Positions 9,736 through 19,345 of a stretch of 64,000 nt of DNA are shown one piece after another. This DNA comes from an uncultured Lentisphaeria bacterium (GTDB taxonomy: Bacteria; Verrucomicrobiota; Lentisphaeria; Victivallales; UBA1829): assembly GCA_949282305.1 (NCBI GenBank), contig CASDPB010000055.1:27324-91323 (forward strand). Reading direction: 5' to 3'. Each line of letters begins with the position of its first letter. Within the stretch, counting starts at the first letter, position 1. A program made the translations under genes and the position numbers. The notes beneath the pieces are model-generated. The model was not told the DNA's origin. It saw nothing but the letters and a program-made list of their open reading frames with translations, and did not search any database.

Positions 9736-11328
9736 ATGCCGGAGCAGGTCAGTGTAAGCGTGATAGAGGATGCCGTCGGGAAATTTCTGAAATCCGTGGA
9801 GAACGCGGAATCGTTTTCCGTGAATGACGTGATTGCTTTCGTGAATCGGAATGCGGCTCTTCCACCTTCCGAGCGCAAGGAACGGATCGAGCGTGATATC
9901 GAGCTGATTCTGGAAGGGCGTTCGGATATTTTCTTCAACTCCAACACCCATAATGCCGTCTGCTGGAACCGTGCGCCCTTTTTCAAGGGGACGAAAATCA
10001 AAATCCTGCCGTCCAGACTTGAAATCAAGGACGGCGTCCTGCTCTACGGCGCACGTTTCGCCCCGTTTTGTTCCGATGAACTTTTTGCGGACGAGTATCT
10101 GCTTTCCGTGAAGGGCGGAAAGGGAGAACTTCCGGTCGTTTCCTATACTGCCCAGCTGGGGCAGATCGCACGGACTTTCATGTTGCTCGGACGTTCGGTC
10201 ATGATTGATTGCATCGTCGCCGAATCGTCGGAAAATTATGAAGCTCTGAAACGTGCGTCCAGCCCTGAAATGGCGATGGTCTCCGTTTCCGCTTTTGACC
10301 TGAGCGCATTCTACAAGGAAAATCACTTTTCCGAAGGTGATGCGGTCATCGCGACAGTTGAAGACTGGCGCAGCGGAGTTTTTTCTCTGGAATACTGTTC
10401 AAAGGATGAACTGCCGGATAAATTTGCACTGGATGAGTATCTGGGATATTTCGAGGAGGCGGTCATTCAGACTTATGAGGATTACGGAGAATATCTGGAG
10501 ATACCGGATCAGATCGCACATGCCTATCTTTGCGCCCTGACGGCGGGGCATGACCTCCGCCGGAAACCTTATCTTTCGCTTGACGAGTATCCTTACATGA
10601 TGCGCGATGTGGCGATCCGCCGCGACGATGCAGACTGGGTGCTGGTTCCGCTGGACGATCTCGCCACCGCGGGTGAGTCCGGGGAGGCGGAGCATCACCA
10701 TGAGCATGACAGCCATGAGTGCTGCGGGCATCATCATGAACATTCTCATGAGAAGCCGGAGAAAGTCAAGGAACTGCGCCCCGAAGATTTTTCCGCTTCC
10801 GCCGGAAAGCTGGATTCCGTCGATTCGATTCTGGAAGAAGTGAATGCGCCTCTGAGCCATACCGAAATTTATGCGATGATCGTGGACGATATCGCCAACG
10901 GGCAGGACTCTTTCGAGACGTTCTACAAAAAGCTCCGGGACATTATGGGCGTGAAATTTGTCGATGATGCGCAGGAGACCACTTTCCTGAACTTTGTCGA
11001 GGACAACTGGGAGGAGGCGTCTGAACATTTCAATCCGGTGGCGGAAGAAGCGAAGACTCCTTTGCGGACACGTCTTCTTGATGTCAATGACCAGCGTATC
11101 GAGTTTTCCCGTTCCCTGCTGGAGCGCAGTCAGGGCAGAGAGATTCCCGCGCATATTGTCCATAAGATGAAGTCTTTCCATGCCCAGATATTGAATACGC
11201 TGGGGCTCCTGAATGCCGATTCCGAACTGCCGGAGGGAGACGAATACGACATGCTTGAACTTCGGGTCGGAGACATTGAGGAGGCGTGGGAAAATTTTGT
11301 GGAAGATCAGGAAAAGGCGCGGGATTAA
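9736..11328 (+). CDS. hypothetical acidic protein with an internal His/Cys-rich cluster
   Basis: About 530 aa. I recognise no family. It contains GEAEHHHEHDSHECCGHHHEHSHE and follows truB directly on the same strand. Confidence 0.6.
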   Translation: MPEQVSVSVIEDAVGKFLKSVENAESFSVNDVIAFVNRNAALPPSERKERIERDIELILEGRSDIFFNSNTHNAVCWNRAPFFKGTKIKILPSRLEIKDGVLLYGARFAPFCSDELFADEYLLSVKGGKGELPVVSYTAQLGQIARTFMLLGRSVMIDCIVAESSENYEALKRASSPEMAMVSVSAFDLSAFYKENHFSEGDAVIATVEDWRSGVFSLEYCSKDELPDKFALDEYLGYFEEAVIQTYEDYGEYLEIPDQIAHAYLCALTAGHDLRRKPYLSLDEYPYMMRDVAIRRDDADWVLVPLDDLATAGESGEAEHHHEHDSHECCGHHHEHSHEKPEKVKELRPEDFSASAGKLDSVDSILEEVNAPLSHTEIYAMIVDDIANGQDSFETFYKKLRDIMGVKFVDDAQETTFLNFVEDNWEEASEHFNPVAEEAKTPLRTRLLDVNDQRIEFSRSLLERSQGREIPAHIVHKMKSFHAQILNTLGLLNADSELPEGDEYDMLELRVGDIEEAWENFVEDQEKARD

Positions 11329-11346
11329 ACAGAGGAGGTTTCCTGT

Positions 11347-11670
11347 ATGGAGGAGTTCCGTGAAATACTTTCGTTCTGCGTTCAGGTTTTGTTTACCGCC
11401 GGTGTTCTGTGGTCTGCGCTGAAGATTACGAAAACGCAGGGGGATTTCTCCGGTATGCTGCTGATCGCTTTCATCTGCGGACTGTTGGGGCTGCATCCCG
11501 AACCGTGGGGCATGATTGCGTCTCTGGTGGTGATGTTCCTGCTGATTGCGAAATTTACTTCCGCAAAGTTTTTCCCGGAAACAGTCATCATTGTGCTGCT
11601 GTCATGGATTCTGGGTTTCATTTCCAAATTCGGGCTTGAGTTTGCCGCAAAGATTCTGGTGGAGCGGTAA
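11347..11670 (+). CDS. small hypothetical membrane protein
   Basis: 107 aa with 3-4 hydrophobic helices, 18 nt downstream of the preceding gene. Confidence 0.45.
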   Translation: MEEFREILSFCVQVLFTAGVLWSALKITKTQGDFSGMLLIAFICGLLGLHPEPWGMIASLVVMFLLIAKFTSAKFFPETVIIVLLSWILGFISKFGLEFAAKILVER

Positions 11671-11857
11671 AGACCGGAAAGACAGTTTCTATGGAATACC
11701 TGAATGCTTTTTCCGCAACTGTTTCTTTCCCGACAGAGTTTTTCCGCAAAGCCGCCGTTTTGTTCAAAATCTGCACTGAGCCGTGAGCTTGCCGGAAGAA
11801 TGCAGGCGTCAGCGGCGCCATTTTTTAATGAAACTCACAGTGGTGTCCTTCCCGTCT

Positions 11858-13300
11858 TTATCTTCTGCGCCTGTCCACGGGATTGACATAAGTCTCTTCA
11901 AGAGAAATGTAATCATTGCTCTGAGCGGCAATGCGCATTCGTCTGGAATAGATGCACTCCCTGCTGGTGTGTTCGCACTCTCCATTGGCTTTCGACGCGC
12001 CGCAGGGACCGTTTGCCATTCCTTTCGGGCAGGTTTCAGGACACACGAATGCCGTGAATGGGAGGCGGCAGACGGGGCATCCGCGGCAGGAGACCAGAAG
12101 TTTTTTGGTCAGGTACCGTTCCGATGCGGGAAGCCTGTCCGCGTTTGCAAGAAGTTTGTGCGCAAGGTTCAGCCTGAATTTTTCTCCGTCTTCCAACGGG
12201 GGAATTTCCGCATTCGCCATACGCGGCATTTCGGACGGATGCGCTTTCGAGAACAGGTCTTCAAATTCGTAAAAACGATAGGGATAGGGAGCCATGTCAA
12301 GGCGCGCGTAATATTCCAGATAGGCGGTCCGCCATTCTTCAAACCCGGCGAATTCGTTCAGTGCCTCCTTGATCCGGTTCAGCATGATATTGATCTGATC
12401 GGGGCGTTCCAGACCTGCAATCTGGATGCCGCTGTAACCGAGGAAACGGGCTCCCGCTGCATGAATCTGGATTCTGCGCCATTGCGCCGCCTCGAACTGC
12501 GCCATGGAGTGCATGGTTTCGCGGCGGAGCATCGCCTGAAAGTCCGGTGAAATGTGAACACCTGGCAGTTTTCCGGAACAGATTTCTTCGGCTTTATCGG
12601 GGGTCAGCACCAGGAAACGTGCGATTGACGGAACATGGAGCGATCGCCGGAACAGGGACCAGCGCAGTTCCTGAAGTTTCAGCATGTCCCATCCGAACTG
12701 TGTCACGATGAACGACGCCCCCAGATTGATTTTCTTAATCAGCTTGAAATACTGCGGGAAGCAGGTGCAGGGGGTATATTTGTATGGATTGACGGCGCAT
12801 CCGGCGAACAGAACCTGATGGAATTTTTCATGAACGCTTTTGAGCGTATGGACGCTTTCCGTGAAGAGACGCGACTGAACCTGCTTCAGAGTGTCGCCTT
12901 TTACGCTTTCCCCGGAGACCGCGATAATGTTTTTAAATCCTTCATTGGCTGCGTGCCCGAGGATTTTCTCCAGTTCGGAGACCGTGCGGTCTCGCCCGCT
13001 GACGCAGATCAGATGCCTGTCTCGGTCTGTTTTGCAGAGTGCCGCGGCAAACTGAATGTTGTCGAGGGAGTTCGGATACGCATAACGGTCGGTGAATGTC
13101 AGGGCGGCGTTGATCTCCTGCCTTGCCGAAACCAGATATTCGATTTCGGAAAATCGTGCGACGGCATCGGCGAGCTTTGTTTCAGACGGCGGAGCGTTGA
13201 TCTCCACCAGAACTTGAAAGTTGCCGTTGTCGAGCTTTTCCTTGAAACGGTTGCCCAACGCGCCATCGAAATTCATTTCCAACTGTATGCCGCCGTCCAT
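11858..13300 (-). CDS. methylenetetrahydrofolate reductase-like protein fused to a Cys-rich MTHFR_C/MetV-like domain
   Basis: 480 aa. The N-terminal two thirds look like a MetF-type TIM barrel (VEINAPP, ALTFTD, CVSGRDR, VNPYKY). The C-terminus carries CRGCPVCRLPFTAFVCPETCPKGMANGPCGASKANGECEH. Confidence 0.55.
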   Translation of the reverse strand: MDGGIQLEMNFDGALGNRFKEKLDNGNFQVLVEINAPPSETKLADAVARFSEIEYLVSARQEINAALTFTDRYAYPNSLDNIQFAAALCKTDRDRHLICVSGRDRTVSELEKILGHAANEGFKNIIAVSGESVKGDTLKQVQSRLFTESVHTLKSVHEKFHQVLFAGCAVNPYKYTPCTCFPQYFKLIKKINLGASFIVTQFGWDMLKLQELRWSLFRRSLHVPSIARFLVLTPDKAEEICSGKLPGVHISPDFQAMLRRETMHSMAQFEAAQWRRIQIHAAGARFLGYSGIQIAGLERPDQINIMLNRIKEALNEFAGFEEWRTAYLEYYARLDMAPYPYRFYEFEDLFSKAHPSEMPRMANAEIPPLEDGEKFRLNLAHKLLANADRLPASERYLTKKLLVSCRGCPVCRLPFTAFVCPETCPKGMANGPCGASKANGECEHTSRECIYSRRMRIAAQSNDYISLEETYVNPVDRRRR

Positions 13301-13311
13301 TTTTCACCTTG

Positions 13312-14166
13312 TCATAAATCGTTTTCTTCCAGGAAGTCACGCATGGTTTCATTGATTTTTTCCGGAGCGTCCTCCTGAATGTATCTGCCTGCATTCGGAA
13401 GCGTGTACACGTCCGCGTTCGGCAGATAATGTTCCCAGAGTTTCAGGGATTTCGGAGTGTAGAGCCAGTCGCGCATCGCCCAGATGATGCATGCCGGTTT
13501 GCTGTTGAACATCCAGAGTCCTGTTTCAATTGTGAGAATGGTCTGTGCGGAATCCGCCTCCGGAGCCACCGGGATGTCCTCAATGAAGCGGAGCAGGGGA
13601 ACCCGGCTCTCTTTGCTTTGAAAGGGATACCGGTATGCGTCCGCAATTTCCTTCGGGAGCCTGTTGACTCCGAACTGAAGCATTTTGAGATCCAGAATGA
13701 TTTTGGAACCCAGCCACGGTGCGCGGCATGGGTAAAGACGCCACGGAAGCGGAAAATCGGAAAATGCCATGGAATTGAAAATCACCAGTCCCGTGATCAG
13801 ATTCGGATGCCGGACCGCGAATCCCATTCCGATTGTTCCGCCCCAGCCGTGCATGACCAGCGTGATGTTCCTGAGATCCAGCGCCGCGATCAGGGTTTCC
13901 GTCAGATTGATGTGCCCTGTCAGCGTGTAATCAAAATCGCGGGGCTTGTCGGAGAGCCCGAAGCCGAGCATGTCAAACGCGATGACACGGTGATCTCTGG
14001 AAAATTCCTGAATCTGTCTGCGGTAGGCAAAAGACCACATCGGGCACGCATGAAACATCAGAAGAACATTTCCCTTGCCCTCGTCGATATAATGGATTCT
14101 GTTCTGATTGATCGTGATGTAACGATGCTTGAACGGGAATAGTTTTTCTAGTTCCTGATAGTTCAT
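13312..14166 (-). CDS. alpha/beta hydrolase, haloalkane-dehalogenase/epoxide-hydrolase-like fold
   Basis: The stretch RIHYIDEGKGNVLLMFHACPMWSFAYR...FDMLGFGLSDKP...LVMHGWGGTIG parallels HLD family sequences. Start chosen at MNYQELEKLF; the ORF track start at 14244 is the alternative. Confidence 0.7.
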   Translation of the reverse strand: MNYQELEKLFPFKHRYITINQNRIHYIDEGKGNVLLMFHACPMWSFAYRRQIQEFSRDHRVIAFDMLGFGLSDKPRDFDYTLTGHINLTETLIAALDLRNITLVMHGWGGTIGMGFAVRHPNLITGLVIFNSMAFSDFPLPWRLYPCRAPWLGSKIILDLKMLQFGVNRLPKEIADAYRYPFQSKESRVPLLRFIEDIPVAPEADSAQTILTIETGLWMFNSKPACIIWAMRDWLYTPKSLKLWEHYLPNADVYTLPNAGRYIQEDAPEKINETMRDFLEENDL

Positions 14167-14335
14167 TGATGCCTCTGGGTAATCTCCTGACCGGGACACT
14201 TTCCCGGCAACAGGTAACTTAGCATGATTCCACTTTTTCATCAAGTCATATTTCCCGAATATCGGCGGGCAATTTAGTTATATAATTAAATTATTTGGAA
14301 GCTATAATTTTTTTGGTTTTTTTTCCGGATAACGC

Positions 14336-14363
14336 TTTACATCTTCCGTTTCCGGTGTATATT
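14336..14363 (+). promoter_or_regulatory. candidate promoter of the V-ATPase operon
   Basis: TTTACA (14336-14341), a 16-nt spacer, then TATATT (14358-14363), in AT-rich divergent intergenic DNA. Confidence 0.3.
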
Positions 14364-14452
14364 CTCTACTTAAACTCGGAGAAAATCAAAAAAATTATCA
14401 TATACAATACAGGCAAATGCGTCTGCATTTCCAAAAAGATGGAGAGGTAACC

Positions 14453-15058
14453 ATGGCGGAAGATCTACAGGGATTGCTGAACAAGATTCATACAGATGGA
14501 ATTCAGAAAGCCGAAGAGGAAAAAGCCGCGATCATCGCGGATGCGAAGAAAGAAGCGGCGAAAATCATCGCCGACGCGAAGGCGCAGGCGGAAGCCGATT
14601 CGGAAAAGGCAAGGGCATTTGCCGCCGCGGAGCAGGACAAGGCATTCAAGGCGATTCAGCAGGCATCACGCGATGCCGTAATCGCTCTCAAGGCGGATCT
14701 GCTTGCAAAACTCAATGCGGTCGCCAAGGACTGCGCCGCGAAGGCGATGACGCCGGAACTGATGGGGAAGATCATCCTTGAAATGGCGAAGGCATACCGG
14801 AAGAATCCGTCTTCCGATGCCGGGCTTGAACTGCTTCTTCCGCAGAAGGAGCAGGGAGAAGTGGAAGGCATCCTCAAGGCTGCGCTTCTGGCGGATCTCA
14901 AGGAGAAGCCGAAGGTCAATCTGACGAATGAGTTCGGAGCCGGGCTTCAGATTTCCTTCAGGGACGACGAGGTTTTCTTCGATTTCAGCGATGAGGCGCT
15001 TGCCGACATTCTCTGCAAATTCGTCGGTCCCAAACTTGCCGCGGTCATCAAGGGCTGA
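14453..15058 (+). CDS. ntpE: V-type ATPase subunit E (peripheral stalk)
   Basis: Lys/Ala/Glu-rich coiled N-terminus (AEEEKAAIIADAKKEAAKIIADAKAQAEAD) and a globular C-terminus. It is the first gene of the V-ATPase operon. A GGAGAGG RBS precedes the ATG at 14453. Confidence 0.75.
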   Translation: MAEDLQGLLNKIHTDGIQKAEEEKAAIIADAKKEAAKIIADAKAQAEADSEKARAFAAAEQDKAFKAIQQASRDAVIALKADLLAKLNAVAKDCAAKAMTPELMGKIILEMAKAYRKNPSSDAGLELLLPQKEQGEVEGILKAALLADLKEKPKVNLTNEFGAGLQISFRDDEVFFDFSDEALADILCKFVGPKLAAVIKG

Positions 15059-15090
15059 CCCCTGTCGGCAGGATAGGAGTTTTCCGGATC

Positions 15091-15660
15091 ATGAAGAAGA
15101 AATATTATGCTTTGAAGGCTTCCCTGCCGCTGCTTCTGTTCGACGGGCAGCCGCCGTTTTCCAGAGAGACTTTTCTGGATTACTGTTCGGCTTATTTTTC
15201 CGGGCGGCAGATGGAGATACTGGGATCCCTGAAAGCGGCTCCGCACAAGCTGCCGGAGGGAATTGCGGCGGACTCTCCGACGGGGGAATACATTCTCTGG
15301 GAAATCTGTCTGCGGAATACGCTCGGCGCGCTGCGGGCGGGGAAACTCGGCGTCGACGCGGAGCCGTATCTGGTGAAGTTCGCCGGATTCGAGAGCGAGG
15401 CATACCGGACCGCGAATGAGATATTCACTTCGCAGATGAATCCCTATGACCGTGAACGGGCTTTGGACGCCGCGCGCTGGTACAAGCTGGATTCCGTGGA
15501 AGGAAGGCACACTTTCGATTTCGACGCTTTCTGTCTTTATCTTTTGCGCCTGATGATCCTCGAAAAATGGGCGGCGCGAAGTGAAAAGGACGCTCCGGCA
15601 AATCTGGACAAAGCCGCCGACCGTGCGGAACATGCGGAAAAAGATTTAAAACAATCATAA
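15091..15660 (+). CDS. DUF2764-like V-ATPase operon protein
   Basis: 189 aa. It occupies the position between E and A that DUF2764 holds in Bacteroidetes/Chlamydia-type V-ATPase operons. I cannot verify family membership directly. Confidence 0.5.
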   Translation: MKKKYYALKASLPLLLFDGQPPFSRETFLDYCSAYFSGRQMEILGSLKAAPHKLPEGIAADSPTGEYILWEICLRNTLGALRAGKLGVDAEPYLVKFAGFESEAYRTANEIFTSQMNPYDRERALDAARWYKLDSVEGRHTFDFDAFCLYLLRLMILEKWAARSEKDAPANLDKAADRAEHAEKDLKQS

Positions 15661-15688
15661 TACATATCATAACAGCAGGAGTGTTTTC

Positions 15689-17425
15689 ATGCTTGAAAAC
15701 AACACAGGACACATAGTCGGCGTCAACGGCAACATGTTGACCGTCGAGTTCGAGACCGCTGTCACGCAGAATGAAGTTGCGTTTGCGGTGCTCGGCGACA
15801 TCCGGCTCAAAGCCGAAGTCATTCGTGTAAGGGGGCGGCGTGCCGACCTTCAGGTTTACGAGAATACCGCGGGACTTAAAGTCGGCGATACTGTCGAGTT
15901 TACCAACGACCTTCTCAGCGTCGAGCTTGGTCCGGGGCTTCTGACACAGGTCTTTGACGGGCTTCAGAATCCCTTGAACAAACTTGCCGAAAAATCCGGG
16001 TTCTTCCTTCAGCGCGGCGTTTACATCGGCGCTTTGGATTATGAACGCCAGTGGGATTTCACGCCGCTGGCGAAGATCGGCGACCGCCTCACCGCGGGAA
16101 GTTATATCGGATATGTCCCGGAAGGCATTTTCAAGCATTACATCATGCTGCCTTTCCTGTTCCGCGGCACATGGGAGCTGGTCGACGTCGCCGCTCCCGG
16201 CTCTTACAAGCTGCGCGACTGCATTGCAAAGGCGAAAAATGAAAAGGGCGAAGTCCGCGAAATCACGATGGTTCAGAAATGGCCGGTCAAGATTCCGATC
16301 TCCTGTTACAAGGAGAAACTGATGCCGGAAAAACCGCTGACGACGCAGATCCGGAGCATTGACACGTTCTTCCCGGTGGCTCAGGGCGGAACCTTCTGCA
16401 CGCCGGGACCGTTCGGCGCGGGCAAAACCGTTCTTCAGCATGCGATCAGCCAGCACGCGGAAGCGGATGTGGTGATTATCGCCGCCTGCGGAGAGCGTGC
16501 CGGTGAAGTCGTGGAAATTCTTCGCGAGTTCCCCCACCTTGAGGACCCGCGGACCGGAAAGAGCCTGATGGACCGTTCGATTATTATCTGCAACACCAGT
16601 TCGATGCCTGTGGCGGCGCGTGAAGCTTCCGTATATACCGCAGTGACTCTCGCGGAATATTACCGCCAGATGGGATTGAACTGTCTGCTTCTCGCCGACT
16701 CGACTTCCCGTTGGGCGCAGGCTCTCCGCGAGATGTCCGGACGTCTTGAGGAGATTCCCGGAGAAGAGGCGTTCCCCGCATATCTGGAATCCCTGATTGC
16801 GAGTTTCTATGAGCGCGCCGGGCTTGTCCGGCTCAACGACGGCGGACAGGGCTCCATTACGATCGGCGGCTCCGTCAGTCCCGCCGGCGGCAACTTTGAA
16901 GAGCCGGTGACGCAGGCGACGCTGAAAGTCGTGGGCGCGTTTCTGGGACTTTCCCGTGAGCGTTCCTCCGCCCGCCGTTTCCCCGCGATTCATCCGCTGG
17001 ACAGCTGGAGCAAATACAGGAGCATCGTGGCGCCGGAGAAACTTGCCTGTGCGAGAAATATTTTGCGCCGGGGCAATGAAGTCAATCAGATGATGAAGGT
17101 GGTCGGCGAGGAAGGAACCCATATCGACGACTTTGTGGTTTATCTCAAAAGCGAGTTCGTCGACTTTGTGTATCTTCAGCAGAACACCTTTGACAAGGTG
17201 GACGGAGCAACCAGCCGCGAACGTCAGGTCTATACGTTCGACAAGGTCATTGATGTCCTTGAGTCAACGTTCAAATTCGAGGATAAGGATGTCGCCCGCC
17301 GTTACTTCCTTGAACTCCGTCTTGCCTTTACCAACCTGAATTATGCGGAATACCAGTCCGATAAGTTCAAGGAGCTTGAGAAGGCCGTGGATGAAAAAAT
17401 CAGTGAAAGGAAGGAAAATGCGTAA
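15689..17425 (+). CDS. ntpA: V-type ATPase catalytic subunit A
   Basis: 578 aa with Walker [10 protein letters not shown], the non-homologous insert typical of A subunits, and [16 protein letters not shown]. Confidence 0.95.
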   Translation: MLENNTGHIVGVNGNMLTVEFETAVTQNEVAFAVLGDIRLKAEVIRVRGRRADLQVYENTAGLKVGDTVEFTNDLLSVELGPGLLTQVFDGLQNPLNKLAEKSGFFLQRGVYIGALDYERQWDFTPLAKIGDRLTAGSYIGYVPEGIFKHYIMLPFLFRGTWELVDVAAPGSYKLRDCIAKAKNEKGEVREITMVQKWPVKIPISCYKEKLMPEKPLTTQIRSIDTFFPVAQGGTFCTPGPFGAGKTVLQHAISQHAEADVVIIAACGERAGEVVEILREFPHLEDPRTGKSLMDRSIIICNTSSMPVAAREASVYTAVTLAEYYRQMGLNCLLLADSTSRWAQALREMSGRLEEIPGEEAFPAYLESLIASFYERAGLVRLNDGGQGSITIGGSVSPAGGNFEEPVTQATLKVVGAFLGLSRERSSARRFPAIHPLDSWSKYRSIVAPEKLACARNILRRGNEVNQMMKVVGEEGTHIDDFVVYLKSEFVDFVYLQQNTFDKVDGATSRERQVYTFDKVIDVLESTFKFEDKDVARRYFLELRLAFTNLNYAEYQSDKFKELEKAVDEKISERKENA

Positions 17426-18719
17426 GGTATATCATAAAATCATTCAGATTGCCGGCAACGTCATTACGGTCGAGGCCGACAATGTAGGTTACAACGACCT
17501 TGCGGAGGTTACAAGTGCGCGCGGAACTTCTCTCGCGCAGGTGATCCGCCTTCAGGATGACAAGGTGTTTCTGCAGGTCTTTACCGGGTCGCGCGGCATC
17601 AGCACAGGTGACGAAGTACGTTTTCTCGGACATCCGATGCAGGTGTCCGCCTCCGAAAACCTGCTGGGCAGAATCTTTACCGGTGCCGGCCGCCCCCGTG
17701 ACTCCCGCCCGGCGATCAGCGACGACATGATCGACATCGGCGGTCCCTCCGTGAATCCTGCGAAGCGCATTATTCCCCGCAAGATGATCCGCACGGGGAT
17801 TCCGATGATCGACGTGTTCAATACACTTGTCGAATCCCAGAAGCTGCCGATTTTCTCGGTTGCCGGCGAGCCTTACAACGAACTGCTTTCCAGAATTGCC
17901 ATGCAGGCGGAAGTCGACGTCATCATTCTCGGCGGCATGGGACTGAAATATGACGATTATCTCGCGTTCCGCAATACGCTGGATGAACACGGGGCGCTTT
18001 CCCGTTCGGTGCTCTTCATTCACACCGCGTCCGACCCGATTGTGGAATGTATGCTGGTGCCGGATATGTGCCTTGCGGTCGCGGAACAGTATGCGCTCCA
18101 GAACAAGCGCGTGCTTGTGCTTCTGACCGACATGACGAACTTTGCGGACGCTCTGAAGGAAATTGCGATCACGATGGAGCAGATTCCTTCCAACCGCGGT
18201 TATCCCGGCGACCTTTACAGCCAGCTTGCCGCGCGTTATGAGAAAGCGGTCGATTTCGACGGCGCCGGTTCGATCACGATTCTTGCCGTGACCACGATGC
18301 CCGGCGACGACGTGACGCACCCCGTTCCCGATAACACCGGGTACATCACTGAGGGACAGTTCTACCTGAAGAACGGGCGCATTGAGCCGTTCGGTTCGCT
18401 GAGCCGCCTGAAACAGCAGGTCAACGGAAAGACCCGTGCCGACCATCGTGTCATCATGGATACGATGATCCGTTTTTATGCGGACTACAAGGAGACCATT
18501 GAAAAGCAGTCGATGGGTTTCCAGATGAGTTCCTGGGACCAGAAGCTGCTGAAATTCGGCAAACTCTTCGAGGAGAAAATGATGGATCTTTCCGTCAACA
18601 TTCCTCTGGAAGAGGCGCTTGACCTCGGCTGGAAGATTCTGGCGGAATGTTTCGACAAAACGGAAACCGGTATCAAGTCGGATATGATTGACGAATTCTG
18701 GCCGAAAGACAAGAACTGA
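17418..18719 (+). CDS. ntpB: V-type ATPase subunit B
   Basis: [34 protein letters not shown] and [12 protein letters not shown]. The ATG at 17418 overlaps the subunit A stop by 8 nt. Confidence 0.95.
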   Translation: MRKVYHKIIQIAGNVITVEADNVGYNDLAEVTSARGTSLAQVIRLQDDKVFLQVFTGSRGISTGDEVRFLGHPMQVSASENLLGRIFTGAGRPRDSRPAISDDMIDIGGPSVNPAKRIIPRKMIRTGIPMIDVFNTLVESQKLPIFSVAGEPYNELLSRIAMQAEVDVIILGGMGLKYDDYLAFRNTLDEHGALSRSVLFIHTASDPIVECMLVPDMCLAVAEQYALQNKRVLVLLTDMTNFADALKEIAITMEQIPSNRGYPGDLYSQLAARYEKAVDFDGAGSITILAVTTMPGDDVTHPVPDNTGYITEGQFYLKNGRIEPFGSLSRLKQQVNGKTRADHRVIMDTMIRFYADYKETIEKQSMGFQMSSWDQKLLKFGKLFEEKMMDLSVNIPLEEALDLGWKILAECFDKTETGIKSDMIDEFWPKDKN

Positions 18720-18736
18720 TCTGAGAGGCGGTCATT

Positions 18737-19345
18737 ATGGCAAAAGTCAAATTGACGAAAACGGCATTGAAACAGCAGCGGGACAACTTGAAACAGTTCC
18801 AGCGCTTCCTGCCGACGCTTCAGCTTAAGAAGCAGCAGCTCCAGATGGAGATGCGGTCCTGCCTTGAACGCATCCACCGCAATGAGGAACGCGAGAAGGA
18901 GAGCAAGGATTCGCTGTCCTCCTGGCTGGTGCTGTTCGGTGCTGAAGCCGATGCAATGCGCGTTGCGGATACGGTTCGTGTGGAACGGGTCGAAACCGAT
19001 ACGCTGAACATTGCCGGTGTTGATGTTCCCCGCTTCAAAGGAGTGGTGTTCGAGAAACACGACTACGATATTTATACGGAGGCTCTCTGGTTTGACGACG
19101 CGGTTGCGGCGTTGAAAAAAATTGTGGAGCTCCGCATGGAGCGCGAAGTCATCAGAAAGCAGTATGAACTCATTGAAAATGAATTGAGAGTGACGACGCA
19201 GCGTGTCAATCTCTTTGAAAAGGTAAAGATTCCGGAGTGCAAGGAGAATATCCGCACCATCCAGATCTATCTCGGCGACATGGACACCAGCGCGGTTGCG
19301 CGGTCGAAAATCGCCAAGAAGAAACTTCAGGAGACGGCAGCATGA
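18737..19345 (+). CDS. ntpD: V-type ATPase subunit D (central stalk)
   Basis: 202 aa. KLTKTALKQQRDNLKQFQRFLPTLQLKKQQLQ and the C-terminal coiled coil are typical of subunit D. Confidence 0.85.
   Translation: MAKVKLTKTALKQQRDNLKQFQRFLPTLQLKKQQLQMEMRSCLERIHRNEEREKESKDSLSSWLVLFGAEADAMRVADTVRVERVETDTLNIAGVDVPRFKGVVFEKHDYDIYTEALWFDDAVAALKKIVELRMEREVIRKQYELIENELRVTTQRVNLFEKVKIPECKENIRTIQIYLGDMDTSAVARSKIAKKKLQETAA

Noticed and set aside
15425-18446. 565-aa and 348-aa minus-strand ORFs opposite V-ATPase subunits A and B
   Set aside because: The plus strand encodes textbook A and B subunits, so the antisense frames are compositional artefacts.
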